This document shows positions 37,179 through 45,892 of a stretch of DNA of 64,000 bases, piece after piece. The notes under the pieces were generated by a model. The model saw only the letters and a program-made list of their open reading frames with translations. It did not search any database and had not been told where the DNA came from. The translations under genes and the position numbers were made by a program. Source of the stretch: Bacteroidales bacterium (GTDB taxonomy: Bacteria > Bacteroidota > Bacteroidia > Bacteroidales > F082); NCBI GenBank assembly GCA_045606705.1, contig JAZUSL010000068.1, forward strand, positions 68,751-132,750, in the 5' to 3' direction. Each line of letters starts with the position of its first letter. Positions within the stretch are counted from its first letter, which is position 1.

Positions 37179-38789
37179 ATGAAGACATTTTTTAGAAATA
37201 TTACAATCTTATTATTGATAATCACTGCTTTTAATTTAACTTCATGCAGCGATGTGTCAAAGTCATGCTGTGAAGAGATCCTTAATTTTTCTTATACAGA
37301 AAATGACTCTCTTGTTAATCATAACATAGATGTCGCTAAGAAATGTTCCCAAAAATATCACAAACGACCAGAATTTCTTCAAAAAATATCACAAATTTAC
37401 TACTATGATGCAATAAATAATTATACATCAGAAGAAGGATCCGTTATCAATGTTCAATCATCCGTAAAGAAATTATATATAGCCTTAGAGAACATCAACA
37501 CATATTTTTCAAAAATCGATGAGATAAAACCATACGATTATGTATTCAGAGGCAAGATATACGAAATCCTAGGTGATATTTACAAAGACATAAACTCTCT
37601 CAAACCTGCTACTGAACTTTACGACAAGGCACTTTCAGATTACCAATCATCAGGGAACAACGAGAAATATCTGAATACATTAATTAAGATTGGTAAACTT
37701 TATCAATACAACCAAATTCCAAATATCGCCATGATTTATTTCGAAATGGCGGAGGAAACGGAGAATATACCAAATAACATTTATAGAAAAATTATAGACA
37801 ATAAGATTGTAACTTTATATGAATTAAATGATTATAGTAGCGCAGACTCTATATTCAAAAATCATTTCAATGTAAAGATTCAGGATTACGATTTCCATTC
37901 AGCAATAGGAACAAAACTCTTCTATGAAAGAAATTATGAGCAAGCTCTCCCCCATCTTAAATATTGTTTCGAAAACGGAAATCAACAGGAAAAACTTGTA
38001 CTTTCAGAAAAACTTGCTGAAACATATTTCAACCTTGACGACCATGAGAACGAAATGATTTACATTCAGCATCAGGCAAAGAATAATTCTATAGAAATCA
38101 GAAAGACACCTCTTAAACTTGACCTTGAAAAATTGTTCGACACTTATTACAAAATAGTTACAAACGAACAGAAAGATGAGACAAATAATAATATTGGAAC
38201 AATAATAGTTATCATAATTATTTTTATCATAACAATTATTCTGATTATCATTACTTTTACAAAAAGCAAGAAGACTGATAAGGAAAAGATAGACAATGCA
38301 CAAAAGACTATCGACGGAAATAAGGAAATCATTGAATCTAAGGATAAAATCATCAATGAAATATCACAGAAACTGATTAACTTAGAATCTAATGAAAGTT
38401 ATGAAGAAGCTTATCAGCGTTTTATAGAAACACATATATTCAATAAAATAAAGTCATCCCTTGATGGAATAACTGTCATGACAAAAAATGTTCATGACTA
38501 CAGCAAATTAGAATTATCGAACAAGGATACTATTTCTATTTTAAAAACATTCAACTCCTGTTTTCCTAAAGCCATCTCTTCATTAAAAAATGATTTTGAA
38601 GGATTAACACCAAGCGACATTAAATTCATAATACTTAATTTCATGAATCTTAATAATGCGGAGATAGCAGTTCTTCTTGGCTTGACTTATAGCGCAGCTA
38701 ATAAAAGAAGCAATAAAATCAAAAATATTTTTAACATAAAAGAAGACATTTATCAATTTTTATCATCATATATCAAATCGACATTCTAA
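37179..38789 (+). CDS. membrane-anchored regulator: lipoprotein signal, TPR-like region, one TM, coiled coil, C-terminal LuxR/GerE-like HTH
   Basis: 536 aa with lipobox LTSC, TM IGTIIVIIIIFIITIILIIITF, and C-terminal LTPSDIKFIILNFMNLNNAEIAVLLGLTYSAANKRSNKIKNIF. Confidence 0.55.
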   Translation: MKTFFRNITILLLIITAFNLTSCSDVSKSCCEEILNFSYTENDSLVNHNIDVAKKCSQKYHKRPEFLQKISQIYYYDAINNYTSEEGSVINVQSSVKKLYIALENINTYFSKIDEIKPYDYVFRGKIYEILGDIYKDINSLKPATELYDKALSDYQSSGNNEKYLNTLIKIGKLYQYNQIPNIAMIYFEMAEETENIPNNIYRKIIDNKIVTLYELNDYSSADSIFKNHFNVKIQDYDFHSAIGTKLFYERNYEQALPHLKYCFENGNQQEKLVLSEKLAETYFNLDDHENEMIYIQHQAKNNSIEIRKTPLKLDLEKLFDTYYKIVTNEQKDETNNNIGTIIVIIIIFIITIILIIITFTKSKKTDKEKIDNAQKTIDGNKEIIESKDKIINEISQKLINLESNESYEEAYQRFIETHIFNKIKSSLDGITVMTKNVHDYSKLELSNKDTISILKTFNSCFPKAISSLKNDFEGLTPSDIKFIILNFMNLNNAEIAVLLGLTYSAANKRSNKIKNIFNIKEDIYQFLSSYIKSTF

Positions 38790-38897
38790 GGAAATATTTT
38801 TTATATTTATTTAATTTTCATTTATTTGTAAAAAAAATGTCGATACATTTCCATAAAATAAACACTTAAAATTTATTGATATTTCCCAAAGTATACA

Positions 38898-38905
38898 TAT
38901 CTTTG
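38898..38905 (+). promoter_or_regulatory. -7 box TATCTTTG
   Basis: Exact TAnnTTTG match 22 nt upstream of the ATG at 38927. Confidence 0.5.
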
Positions 38906-38926
38906 CATTGCAAATAAATTTTAAGA

Positions 38927-40411
38927 ATGATGAAAAAATTATTAACAATTTTATTACTCAGCTTTATCGCGACACAGATCGTTGCACAAGAGAAAAATAT
39001 CAACGCATTTATTTCTTACGGTACTTTTAACATCACCTCTGATGGTTCATCACCTTATTTAGAGACATACATCACTTTCGATTGTAGCAGTCTTATGTAT
39101 GTGAAAGATGCAAGCGGACAATTTGAGTCATCAATAAATCTGACCGTCATATTCAAACAAGGTGAGTCAATCAAAAATTATGACAAATATAGTGTAACTG
39201 GTCCTAAAGTAAGTGACACTACAAATCTGGAAGGATTCTTCATGGATGTACAACGTTATTCGTTGGCAAACGGCGAATATCAGATGGAAGTCACCATTGA
39301 AGATGCCAACAACAAAACTGAAAGACCATTAAAGGTTTCTGAAACCATTGTAATCGATTTCCCTGAAAACATCTGCTTCTCAAGCATCATAGCTCTCGAA
39401 GATTATAAACCTAGCACTACAGAATCGGCAAATTCAAAAAACGGTTATGACCTCATCCCTATGATCATGCCATACTACCCAGAGTCAATCAACAGACTTA
39501 CTTTCTACGTTGAGATATACAACACAAAGAAAACACTTGGCGAAAATGAGAAATATCTTCTTAATACATACCTCAAAACTTTCGAGAGCAACACATTAAT
39601 TAATAACTTCTATTTCACGAAGAGAATGAACGTTAAAAATACCGAAGTAGTCATCAACACTATGGACATCAGCAACCTTCCATCAGGCAACTACTATTTG
39701 GTACTTGAAGCTCGCGACAGAAATAATGAAATTATAGGATACAATCAGTTTTTCTTCCAAAGGAGCAACTCTAACTATCAGATAGACAACTCCGCTTTGG
39801 CAGCCATTAATCCAGAAGATGTATTCTCCGGCAACATCGACAACTTAGACACTATCAAAGAGTATATAAGAACTTTGTATCCTATCTCAGCACAAGTTGA
39901 AAGCGACTATGCCAACAACTTATTAAAGACTGACGACATCAAAACCATGCAACAATATTTCTATAGTTTCTGGGCAAGTCGTAACCCATTATCACCACAA
40001 ATTGAATGGGAAAATTATTTCGCCCAAGTCAAACGTGTAAACGCTTCATTTACATCACAAAGAATCAAAGGATATGCGACAGACAGAGGTCGTGTTTTCT
40101 TGAAATACGGAGCACCCGACAGAATAGTTCAAAATTACTATGACGCTGATGCCTATCCTTATGAAATCTGGCATTACTACACATTGGAAAACCAAAGAAA
40201 CAAGAAATTTGTCTTCATGACTAAAGATATTGCAACCAATGATTTCCAACTCATCCACTCAGATGCTATCGGCGAACTCAACAATTTCCGCTGGACCAAC
40301 GAAATCTACTCAAGAACGTCTTCTATGTATTTCGACCAAGGTGTTGATGATCCATACAAACCTAATACATACGGAAACGACGCCCAAGAATATTTCGATA
40401 ACCCTAGATAA
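38927..40411 (+). CDS. GWxTD domain protein
   Basis: 494 aa with a signal peptide. C-terminal GYATDRGRVFLKYGAPDRIV...YPYEIWHY matches the GWxTD signature. Confidence 0.8.
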   Translation: MMKKLLTILLLSFIATQIVAQEKNINAFISYGTFNITSDGSSPYLETYITFDCSSLMYVKDASGQFESSINLTVIFKQGESIKNYDKYSVTGPKVSDTTNLEGFFMDVQRYSLANGEYQMEVTIEDANNKTERPLKVSETIVIDFPENICFSSIIALEDYKPSTTESANSKNGYDLIPMIMPYYPESINRLTFYVEIYNTKKTLGENEKYLLNTYLKTFESNTLINNFYFTKRMNVKNTEVVINTMDISNLPSGNYYLVLEARDRNNEIIGYNQFFFQRSNSNYQIDNSALAAINPEDVFSGNIDNLDTIKEYIRTLYPISAQVESDYANNLLKTDDIKTMQQYFYSFWASRNPLSPQIEWENYFAQVKRVNASFTSQRIKGYATDRGRVFLKYGAPDRIVQNYYDADAYPYEIWHYYTLENQRNKKFVFMTKDIATNDFQLIHSDAIGELNNFRWTNEIYSRTSSMYFDQGVDDPYKPNTYGNDAQEYFDNPR

Positions 40412-40457
40412 AAACGAAAGTAATTTTTCTTAACACCACATATTTTATCTTACTCTG

Positions 40458-40489
40458 GAAACTCTCAGAAATGGGAGTTTCTTTTTTTT
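40458..40489 (+). terminator. rho-independent terminator
   Basis: Stem gaaactc/gagtttc (40458-40464 with 40475-40481) followed by T8. Confidence 0.8.
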
Positions 40490-40504
40490 AATGAGATAAA
40501 ACGC

Positions 40505-40527
40505 AAAAAGGGACGCATGCGTCCCTT
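40505..40527 (-). terminator. rho-independent terminator for the PLP lyase gene
   Basis: Palindrome gggacgcatgcgtccc, followed on the minus strand by TTTTTGCGTTTT. Confidence 0.8.
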
Positions 40528-40553
40528 ATATCATAAGATATCATTACTTAAAA

Positions 40554-41735
40554 TCAAGCCTTGTCTAATGCGTTTTCCAAGTCGGCGATGATGTCTTCAA
40601 CATTTTCGATACCAACAGCGAAACGGATCAAGCCGTCTGTGATGCCGGCGCTTTCGCGTGCTTCCTTGCTGAGTTTGGAGTGTGTCATGCTTGCTGGATG
40701 CTGAATCAAAGTTTCGATACCTCCCAACGATACTGCCAACATTGCAAGATGTACGTTGTTCATCATTCTCTTGCCTGCTTCCAAACCGCCTTTCAAGCAG
40801 AAAGTTATCATCGCGCCCGGTCCTTTCATCTGGCGTTGAGCCAATTCATATTGTGGGTGTGATTTCAAACCTGGATAAAGTACCCATTCTACCTTTGGAT
40901 GTTTTTCAAGGAACTCAGCAACTTTCATCGCATTTTCTTGCGCTCTCTCGATACGAATCGGCAAAGTCTTCAAACCGCGACGTGTCAACCATGCTTGGTG
41001 TGGGTCCATATTGAATCCCATATTAACCATGATAGAACGTAACTTAGTGTAGTTTTCTTTTTCCTTAGCGATGACTATACCGCCGACGATGTCAGCATGA
41101 CCGTTGATGAATTTTGTCATTGAATGTAATATCACGTCAGCACCTAATGCGAATGGCTGTTGTAAGTAAGGACTGCAGAATGTGTTGTCGACACATACAG
41201 GAATGTTACGTTCGTGAGCAATCTTACAGATTGCCTCGATGTCCATGATACCCATTGTTGGGTTTGCAGGTGTTTCGAGGTAAATCAACGCTGTGTTTTC
41301 TTTGATTGCGTTCTTGACATTTTCTACGTTTGTTGCGTCAACGAATGTTGATTCAACACCATATTTAGGATATATGGTTTCCATCACGCCTCTTGAAGGT
41401 CCATATAATGAGTTATGTGCTACCAAATGTTTACCTTGTGAGAGGAATGCCATATAAACAGTGTTTACGGCAGCCATACCAGAGCTTACTGCCACACTGC
41501 CGTAGCCGCCTTCCAATGCTGCTACTGCTTCTTCTAATTCTGTGATAGATGGATTACCGATACGAGTGTAGATATATCCGTCTTCTTCTCCCGAGAAACA
41601 ACGTGCTCCATGGTCGACGTCTCTGAAACGGAATGTTGATGTCTGGAATATTGGTGTCACTGCGCTGCCAAAGCAATCTATTGCGCCTGAGTGAACTGCT
41701 TTTGAGCTGAAGCCCATATTTTCGTCGTTATGCAT
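40554..41735 (-). CDS. Cys/Met-metabolism PLP enzyme, methionine gamma-lyase-like
   Basis: 393 aa with PLP-lysine context HSMTKFINGH and conserved YTRIGNPS. Confidence 0.85.
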   Translation of the reverse strand: MHNDENMGFSSKAVHSGAIDCFGSAVTPIFQTSTFRFRDVDHGARCFSGEEDGYIYTRIGNPSITELEEAVAALEGGYGSVAVSSGMAAVNTVYMAFLSQGKHLVAHNSLYGPSRGVMETIYPKYGVESTFVDATNVENVKNAIKENTALIYLETPANPTMGIMDIEAICKIAHERNIPVCVDNTFCSPYLQQPFALGADVILHSMTKFINGHADIVGGIVIAKEKENYTKLRSIMVNMGFNMDPHQAWLTRRGLKTLPIRIERAQENAMKVAEFLEKHPKVEWVLYPGLKSHPQYELAQRQMKGPGAMITFCLKGGLEAGKRMMNNVHLAMLAVSLGGIETLIQHPASMTHSKLSKEARESAGITDGLIRFAVGIENVEDIIADLENALDKA

Positions 41736-41753
41736 AATTTCTTTTTTTAGCGA

Positions 41754-41809
41754 TTAGCTATCAGCCATCAGCTATCTGTTACTGACCACTGACAGCTGAC
41801 TGCTGAAAA
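41754..41809. repeat. 8 heptamers TTAGCTA TCAGCCA TCAGCTA TCTGTTA CTGACCA CTGACAG CTGACTG CTGAAAA
   Basis: Read directly. The two halves are inverted relative to each other: tcagccatcagct versus agctgactgctga pair in 11 of 13 positions. Confidence 0.85.
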
Positions 41810-41817
41810 CTTTTGAT

Positions 41818-42768
41818 TTATTTTCTTGCGATAGCTCTCTTGGCTGCTTCGACAATGTCTTCTGTATCTAAATGATAGAACTTCATGAGTTCGTCAGGAG
41901 TGCCGCTTTGTCCGTATTGGTCGAAAATAGCAACTGGTTCAATTGGAGTTGGGCAGTTTCTTGAAAGGACTTGTGAGATGCTGTCGAACAAACCGCCGTT
42001 GATTTGATGCTCTTCTGCTGTCACGACGCAGCCCGTCTTCTTTGCTGATGCGATGACTGCTTCAACATCGAGAGGTTTAATTGTATGGATGTTGATGAGT
42101 TCGGCGTTGATGCCCATTTCTTTCAGGATTGGAAGTGCTTGAACTGCTTTCCATACCAAGTGACCGCAAGCGAAGATTGTAACATCGGTACCTTCTTGCA
42201 TCATCTGAGCCTTACCTATTACAAATGGTTCGTCAGACGGAGTGAAGTTAGCTACTTTCGGACGACCGAAGCGGAGATAAACAGGACCGTTGTGTTCTGC
42301 CACTGCCAATGTAGCTGCTTTTGTCTGGTTGAAGTCACACGGTACGATGACAGTCATATTAGGTAACATCTTCATCATGCCGATGTCTTCGAGGGTCTGG
42401 TGTGTTGCGCCGTCTTCGCCTAGTGTGATACCGGCGTGTGATGCACATATCTTGACGTTTTTATTTGAATAAGAAACCACTTGACGGATTTGGTCATAGA
42501 CGCGTGCTGTTGAGAAGTTAGCGAAAGTACCTGTGAAAGGAACGAAACCGCCGATGCTCAAACCAGCAGCGATGCCTATCATGTTAGCTTCTGCTATACC
42601 TATTTGGAAAAATCTTTCCGGAAATTCTTTTGCGAAAGCGTCCATCTTGAGAGAACCGATTAAGTCGGCGCAGAGACCTACTACTTTGGGATTGCGTTTT
42701 GCTGCTTCTAAGAGACCTTCACCAAATCCTGATCTTGTATCTTTATAATTTTGTACTGTGAAATCCAT
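41818..42768 (-). CDS. transketolase, C-terminal (pyrimidine-binding) subunit
   Basis: 316 aa; FQIGIAEANMIGIAAGL and the split-gene arrangement. Confidence 0.9.
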   Translation of the reverse strand: MDFTVQNYKDTRSGFGEGLLEAAKRNPKVVGLCADLIGSLKMDAFAKEFPERFFQIGIAEANMIGIAAGLSIGGFVPFTGTFANFSTARVYDQIRQVVSYSNKNVKICASHAGITLGEDGATHQTLEDIGMMKMLPNMTVIVPCDFNQTKAATLAVAEHNGPVYLRFGRPKVANFTPSDEPFVIGKAQMMQEGTDVTIFACGHLVWKAVQALPILKEMGINAELINIHTIKPLDVEAVIASAKKTGCVVTAEEHQINGGLFDSISQVLSRNCPTPIEPVAIFDQYGQSGTPDELMKFYHLDTEDIVEAAKRAIARK

Positions 42769-42786
42769 GATAATGTGTTTTTGAAA

Positions 42787-43629
42787 TTAATAATCTCCTA
42801 AAGTTTCTTTAAGTTGTGATAAAGCGTTAGCAGCTTGTTCGTCGTTAGGTGCGACGCCGTGCCATTTATGTGTTCCCATCATGAAGTCAACGCCCATACC
42901 CATTTCTGTGTGTGCGAGAAGGATTTGTGCCTGACCTTTGTGAGCGTTTTCGCGCATTTTTGCAAATGTGTCAACAACTTCTTGCATGTCGTTACCGTTG
43001 CATTCCCAGACTCTCCATCCGAATGATTCGTATTTTGCTCTGAGGTCGCCGAGGTTCATGACATCGTCTGTTGGACCGTCGATTTGTTTTTTGTTATAGT
43101 CGACGATAGCGATGATGTTATCAACATTCTTAGCTGGAGCATACATCGCTGCTTCCCAGATCTGACCTTCTTCTTGTTCTCCGTCGCCCATCAAGACGTA
43201 AACGATATGGTCATCTTTCATGAGTTTCTTTGATTCTGCTACGCCGATAGCTACCGAGAGACCTTGTCCTAATGAACCGCTGGCTACTCTTACGCCTGGA
43301 AGACCTTCCGCTGTTGTAGGGTGACCTTGAAGACGAGTGCCGAGACGACGGAATGTTGCCAGTTCTGAAACCGGAAAATATCCGCGGCGAGCCAAAACGC
43401 TATAAAACATAGGACTGATATGACCGTTTGAAAGGAAAAATACGTCTTCTCCTACTCCATCCATAGCAAATTTCTCAGGATTGATTTGCATTTGATCGAA
43501 ATAAAGAGCTGTGACGATGTCGGTAGCTCCCAATGAACCACCTGGGTGTCCTGATTGACAAGCATGAACCATTCTGATGATATCACGTCTTACCTGTGAT
43601 GCTACATCTTTTAACTGATTGATTTCCAT
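42787..43629 (-). CDS. transketolase, N-terminal (TPP-binding) subunit
   Basis: 280 aa with SGHPGGSLG and GDGEQEEGQIWEA motifs. Confidence 0.9.
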   Translation of the reverse strand: MEINQLKDVASQVRRDIIRMVHACQSGHPGGSLGATDIVTALYFDQMQINPEKFAMDGVGEDVFFLSNGHISPMFYSVLARRGYFPVSELATFRRLGTRLQGHPTTAEGLPGVRVASGSLGQGLSVAIGVAESKKLMKDDHIVYVLMGDGEQEEGQIWEAAMYAPAKNVDNIIAIVDYNKKQIDGPTDDVMNLGDLRAKYESFGWRVWECNGNDMQEVVDTFAKMRENAHKGQAQILLAHTEMGMGVDFMMGTHKWHGVAPNDEQAANALSQLKETLGDY

Positions 43630-43679
43630 ATATAGCTATTTTTTTTAAAATTGATATTAATTTCATATTTAGCATCGAG

Positions 43680-43700
43680 CTGTGAACTGTGGACTGTGAG
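43680..43700. repeat. heptamer tract CTGTGAA CTGTGGA CTGTGAG
   Basis: Read directly; lies between the predicted tkt -7 box and the tkt ATG, so it is probably transcribed. Confidence 0.8.
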
Positions 43701-43714
43701 CCGAATGCCCTTTG

Positions 43715-43722
43715 CAAATGTA
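43715..43722 (-). promoter_or_regulatory. -7 box TACATTTG for the transketolase operon
   Basis: The reverse complement of caaatgta is TACATTTG, about 86 nt upstream of the ATG at 43629. Confidence 0.45.
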
Positions 43723-43835
43723 AGGATTTTTGTGATAGATTTATTTTTTTTGAAAATTAATTATCTCGACTGAAATTATCGAATTTCTTGTCTATATTTA
43801 AAGTCATCTGAAGCAAACAGCAAAAGATTTTTTAA

Positions 43836-43915
43836 GTCAACAGACAACAGACTTTGTCCACATTTTTTTTACTATGAGCTGATCGCTAACAGCTAATTTT
43901 CAATTTTCAATTATA
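43836..43915. repeat. mosaic repeat, copy B (26-mer gtcaacagacaacagactttgtccac, ctatgagc, GCTRA words, AATTTTC words)
   Basis: The 26-mer is identical to 766-791, and the following modules occur in the same order as in 766-880. Confidence 0.85.
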
Positions 43916-44095
43916 TTTGGGCGTTCCGGCTACGCCGTCGGGCTTTCCGCTATATCTTTGCTCGCCTTATTTCTCCCCGCTCCTCAAATCCCGTTCCTGT
44001 ACATAAATCCTGTTCCCGACAACAAATCCCGTCCGCTCCCAAAGGATGCCGCTCCAATCCCTAACGCACTGAAGAGACGGAAAACGGATGTGATT
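43916..44095. repeat. GC-rich non-coding island with three AAATCCYGTYC motifs at 19-nt spacing
   Basis: gggcgttccggctacgccgtcgggctttccgctatatc...aaaggatgccgctccaatccctaacgc. Motifs at 43986, 44005 and 44024. No ORF of 60 aa or more here in the supplied track. Confidence 0.7.
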
Positions 44096-44149
44096 CGCTT
44101 CAAGTTAATTTTTAAGTAAGAATTATATATCTGGAATAGTCTTTTTTAT

Positions 44150-44157
44150 TATTTTTG
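44150..44157 (+). promoter_or_regulatory. -7 box TATTTTTG
   Basis: Exact TAnnTTTG match only 6 nt upstream of the ATG at 44163, so the mRNA may be leaderless. Confidence 0.35.
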
Positions 44158-44162
44158 CGCTT

Positions 44163-45185
44163 ATGAAAAAAGTAGCGGTAGTCATATTGAATTATAACGG
44201 AAAATCATTCTTGGAGAAATTTCTCCCTAACGTTATAGAGAACAGCTCTGACGTTGCTGAGATTATCGTTGCTGATAACAAATCTACCGACGATTCGGTG
44301 GATTTTATGAAGAAAAACTTCCCTAACATCAGATTAATCCTTAACGATTTTAACGGAGGCTTCGCAACTGGTTACAATGTCGCGCTACGACAAGTCGAGG
44401 CCGATTATTACGTCCTGCTTAATTCTGATATAGAAGTAACACCTCATTGGATTGAACCTGTGATAGAACTGATGGAAAGCGATGAAACTATAGCAGCTTG
44501 CCAACCTAAGATTCTTTCATATCACGACAAGACAAAATTCGAATATGCTGGAGCTGCAGGCGGTTACATCGATAAATACGGCTACCCATTCTGCCGCGGA
44601 AGAATGTTCCAAGATTTGGAAACCGACAATGGACAATATGATGATGTCAAGGAAGTGTTCTGGGCGACAGGAGCTTGCATGTTCGTAAGAGCCTCTCTTT
44701 ATCACAAATATGGCGGATTAGATGACGACTTCTTCGCTCACATGGAAGAAATTGACTTCTGCTGGAGACTGAAAAATTTAGACTATAAAATAATGTATTG
44801 CCCCGATTCTAAGATTTATCATATCGGTGGCGGCACATTACCAAAATCTTCTGCCAGAAAGACTTACCTCAACTTCAGAAACAATCTTTCCTTATTAATG
44901 AAAAATCTCCCGCATGGAAAAGTCTTCTGGACAATATTCTACCGTTTCTTCTTAGACTGGATTGCAGCATTCAAATTCCTCTTCGATGGATCCTTCGCCG
45001 ACTTCTTCGCAGTGACACGCGCACATATGAGTTTCTTACGACATATCCCTGTCCTAAGAAAAAAAAGAAAAAAATACACTCACAAGAAAGTCTCGCAAGT
45101 GTATCAGAAAAATATCGTTTTCAAATATTTCTTGGAAAAGAAGAATTTATACAGCCAATTGGAAGATAAGGATTTCAGCTGTTAA
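44163..45185 (+). CDS. family 2 glycosyltransferase
   Basis: 340 aa with VAVVILNYNG, NGGFATGYN and LNSDIEV (DXD-like) motifs. Confidence 0.85.
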   Translation: MKKVAVVILNYNGKSFLEKFLPNVIENSSDVAEIIVADNKSTDDSVDFMKKNFPNIRLILNDFNGGFATGYNVALRQVEADYYVLLNSDIEVTPHWIEPVIELMESDETIAACQPKILSYHDKTKFEYAGAAGGYIDKYGYPFCRGRMFQDLETDNGQYDDVKEVFWATGACMFVRASLYHKYGGLDDDFFAHMEEIDFCWRLKNLDYKIMYCPDSKIYHIGGGTLPKSSARKTYLNFRNNLSLLMKNLPHGKVFWTIFYRFFLDWIAAFKFLFDGSFADFFAVTRAHMSFLRHIPVLRKKRKKYTHKKVSQVYQKNIVFKYFLEKKNLYSQLEDKDFSC

Positions 45186-45250
45186 ACGAAAACAATACAC
45201 ACCAATTACATATTGTTTATCTTCATAAGTATAGTTATCACGCCTTTACA

Positions 45251-45278
45251 TTGACTATTGTTAATTGTTAATTAAAAA
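45251..45278. repeat. heptamer tract TTGACTA TTGTTAA TTGTTAA TTAAAAA
   Basis: Read directly; contains the aroQ stop (45261-45263). It is the reverse-complement word family of 24841-24868. Confidence 0.8.
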
Positions 45279-45683
45279 CTCAACCGCTTCTCTATATCCA
45301 TCCAATCCTTTTCCGACAATGCTTTTCACACTCGCTTCTGCGGTATATGAATGATGACGATATTCTTCTCTTGAATATATATCGCTGATATGTACTTCAA
45401 CGACCGGGGGTTCTATGGAACGAATAGCATCAGCCAAGGCTATCGATGTATGACAATAAGCTCCCGGATTGAAAACCACGCCGTCATAATTATCCCAAGC
45501 CTCATGTAATTTATCAATCAAAACACCTTCATGATTGGATTGATAATAATCTATCTGATGTTCAGGAAAATCCTGTTTCATATTTTTAATATATTCGACT
45601 AATGAAACTGTTCCGTAAATTTCAGGTTCTCTTCTTCCTATAAGATTTAGGTTAGGTCCGTTTAAAATCAATATCTTCATCAC
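45261..45683 (-). CDS. aroQ: type II 3-dehydroquinate dehydratase
   Basis: 140 aa with ILILNGPNLNLIGRREPEIYG and HISDIYSREEYR. Confidence 0.95.
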   Translation of the reverse strand: MMKILILNGPNLNLIGRREPEIYGTVSLVEYIKNMKQDFPEHQIDYYQSNHEGVLIDKLHEAWDNYDGVVFNPGAYCHTSIALADAIRSIEPPVVEVHISDIYSREEYRHHSYTAEASVKSIVGKGLDGYREAVEFLINN

Positions 45684-45716
45684 AATTATTTTTTACAAAC
45701 ATAATAAAAAAAATAA

Positions 45717-45724
45717 TATCTTTG
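45717..45724 (+). promoter_or_regulatory. -7 box TATCTTTG upstream of the riboswitch
   Basis: Exact TAnnTTTG match a few nt before the THI-box leader. Confidence 0.5.
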
Positions 45725-45729
45725 TCGCG

Positions 45730-45835
45730 ACTTTCAATAGGGGTGCCTTTTTTACGAAAGTAGAATGAAAGACAGGCTGAGATCACACCCTCTGAACCGG
45801 ATACGGATAATGCTGAGACCGGGAGATGAGACACA
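45730..45835 (+). ncRNA. TPP (THI-box) riboswitch
   Basis: AGGGGTGCC...AGGCTGAGATCACACCCTCTGAACCGGATACGGATAATGCTGAGACCGGGAG matches the conserved THI-element blocks GGGGUGC / GCUGAGA / ACCC / UGAACC / GGAUAAUGC / GGGA. Confidence 0.85.
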
Positions 45836-45892
45836 TCAAAAACTTCCTCCTATTGATTTAATTAAAATTTATTAACAATTAAATCAATTATT

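Noticed and set aside
36821-37225. Four overlapping 60-97-aa ORFs on both strands.
   Set aside because: They overlap the two intact tRNA-Ser genes and their spacer, so they are artefacts of tRNA sequence.
41818-43629. Split transketolase as a pseudogene or frameshift.
   Set aside because: The two ORFs correspond cleanly to the N- and C-terminal subunits, with an 18-nt spacer and intact motifs. The split two-gene form is a known natural arrangement.
45200-45211. 12-mer caccaattacat shared downstream of the GT2 gene (45200-45211) and the TonB receptor (48375-48386) as a possible terminator motif.
   Set aside because: With about 64,000 positions, the expected number of chance 12-mer pairs is roughly N squared over 2 divided by 4 to the 12, or about 120, and higher still in AT-rich DNA. 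A single shared 12-mer is not evidence.
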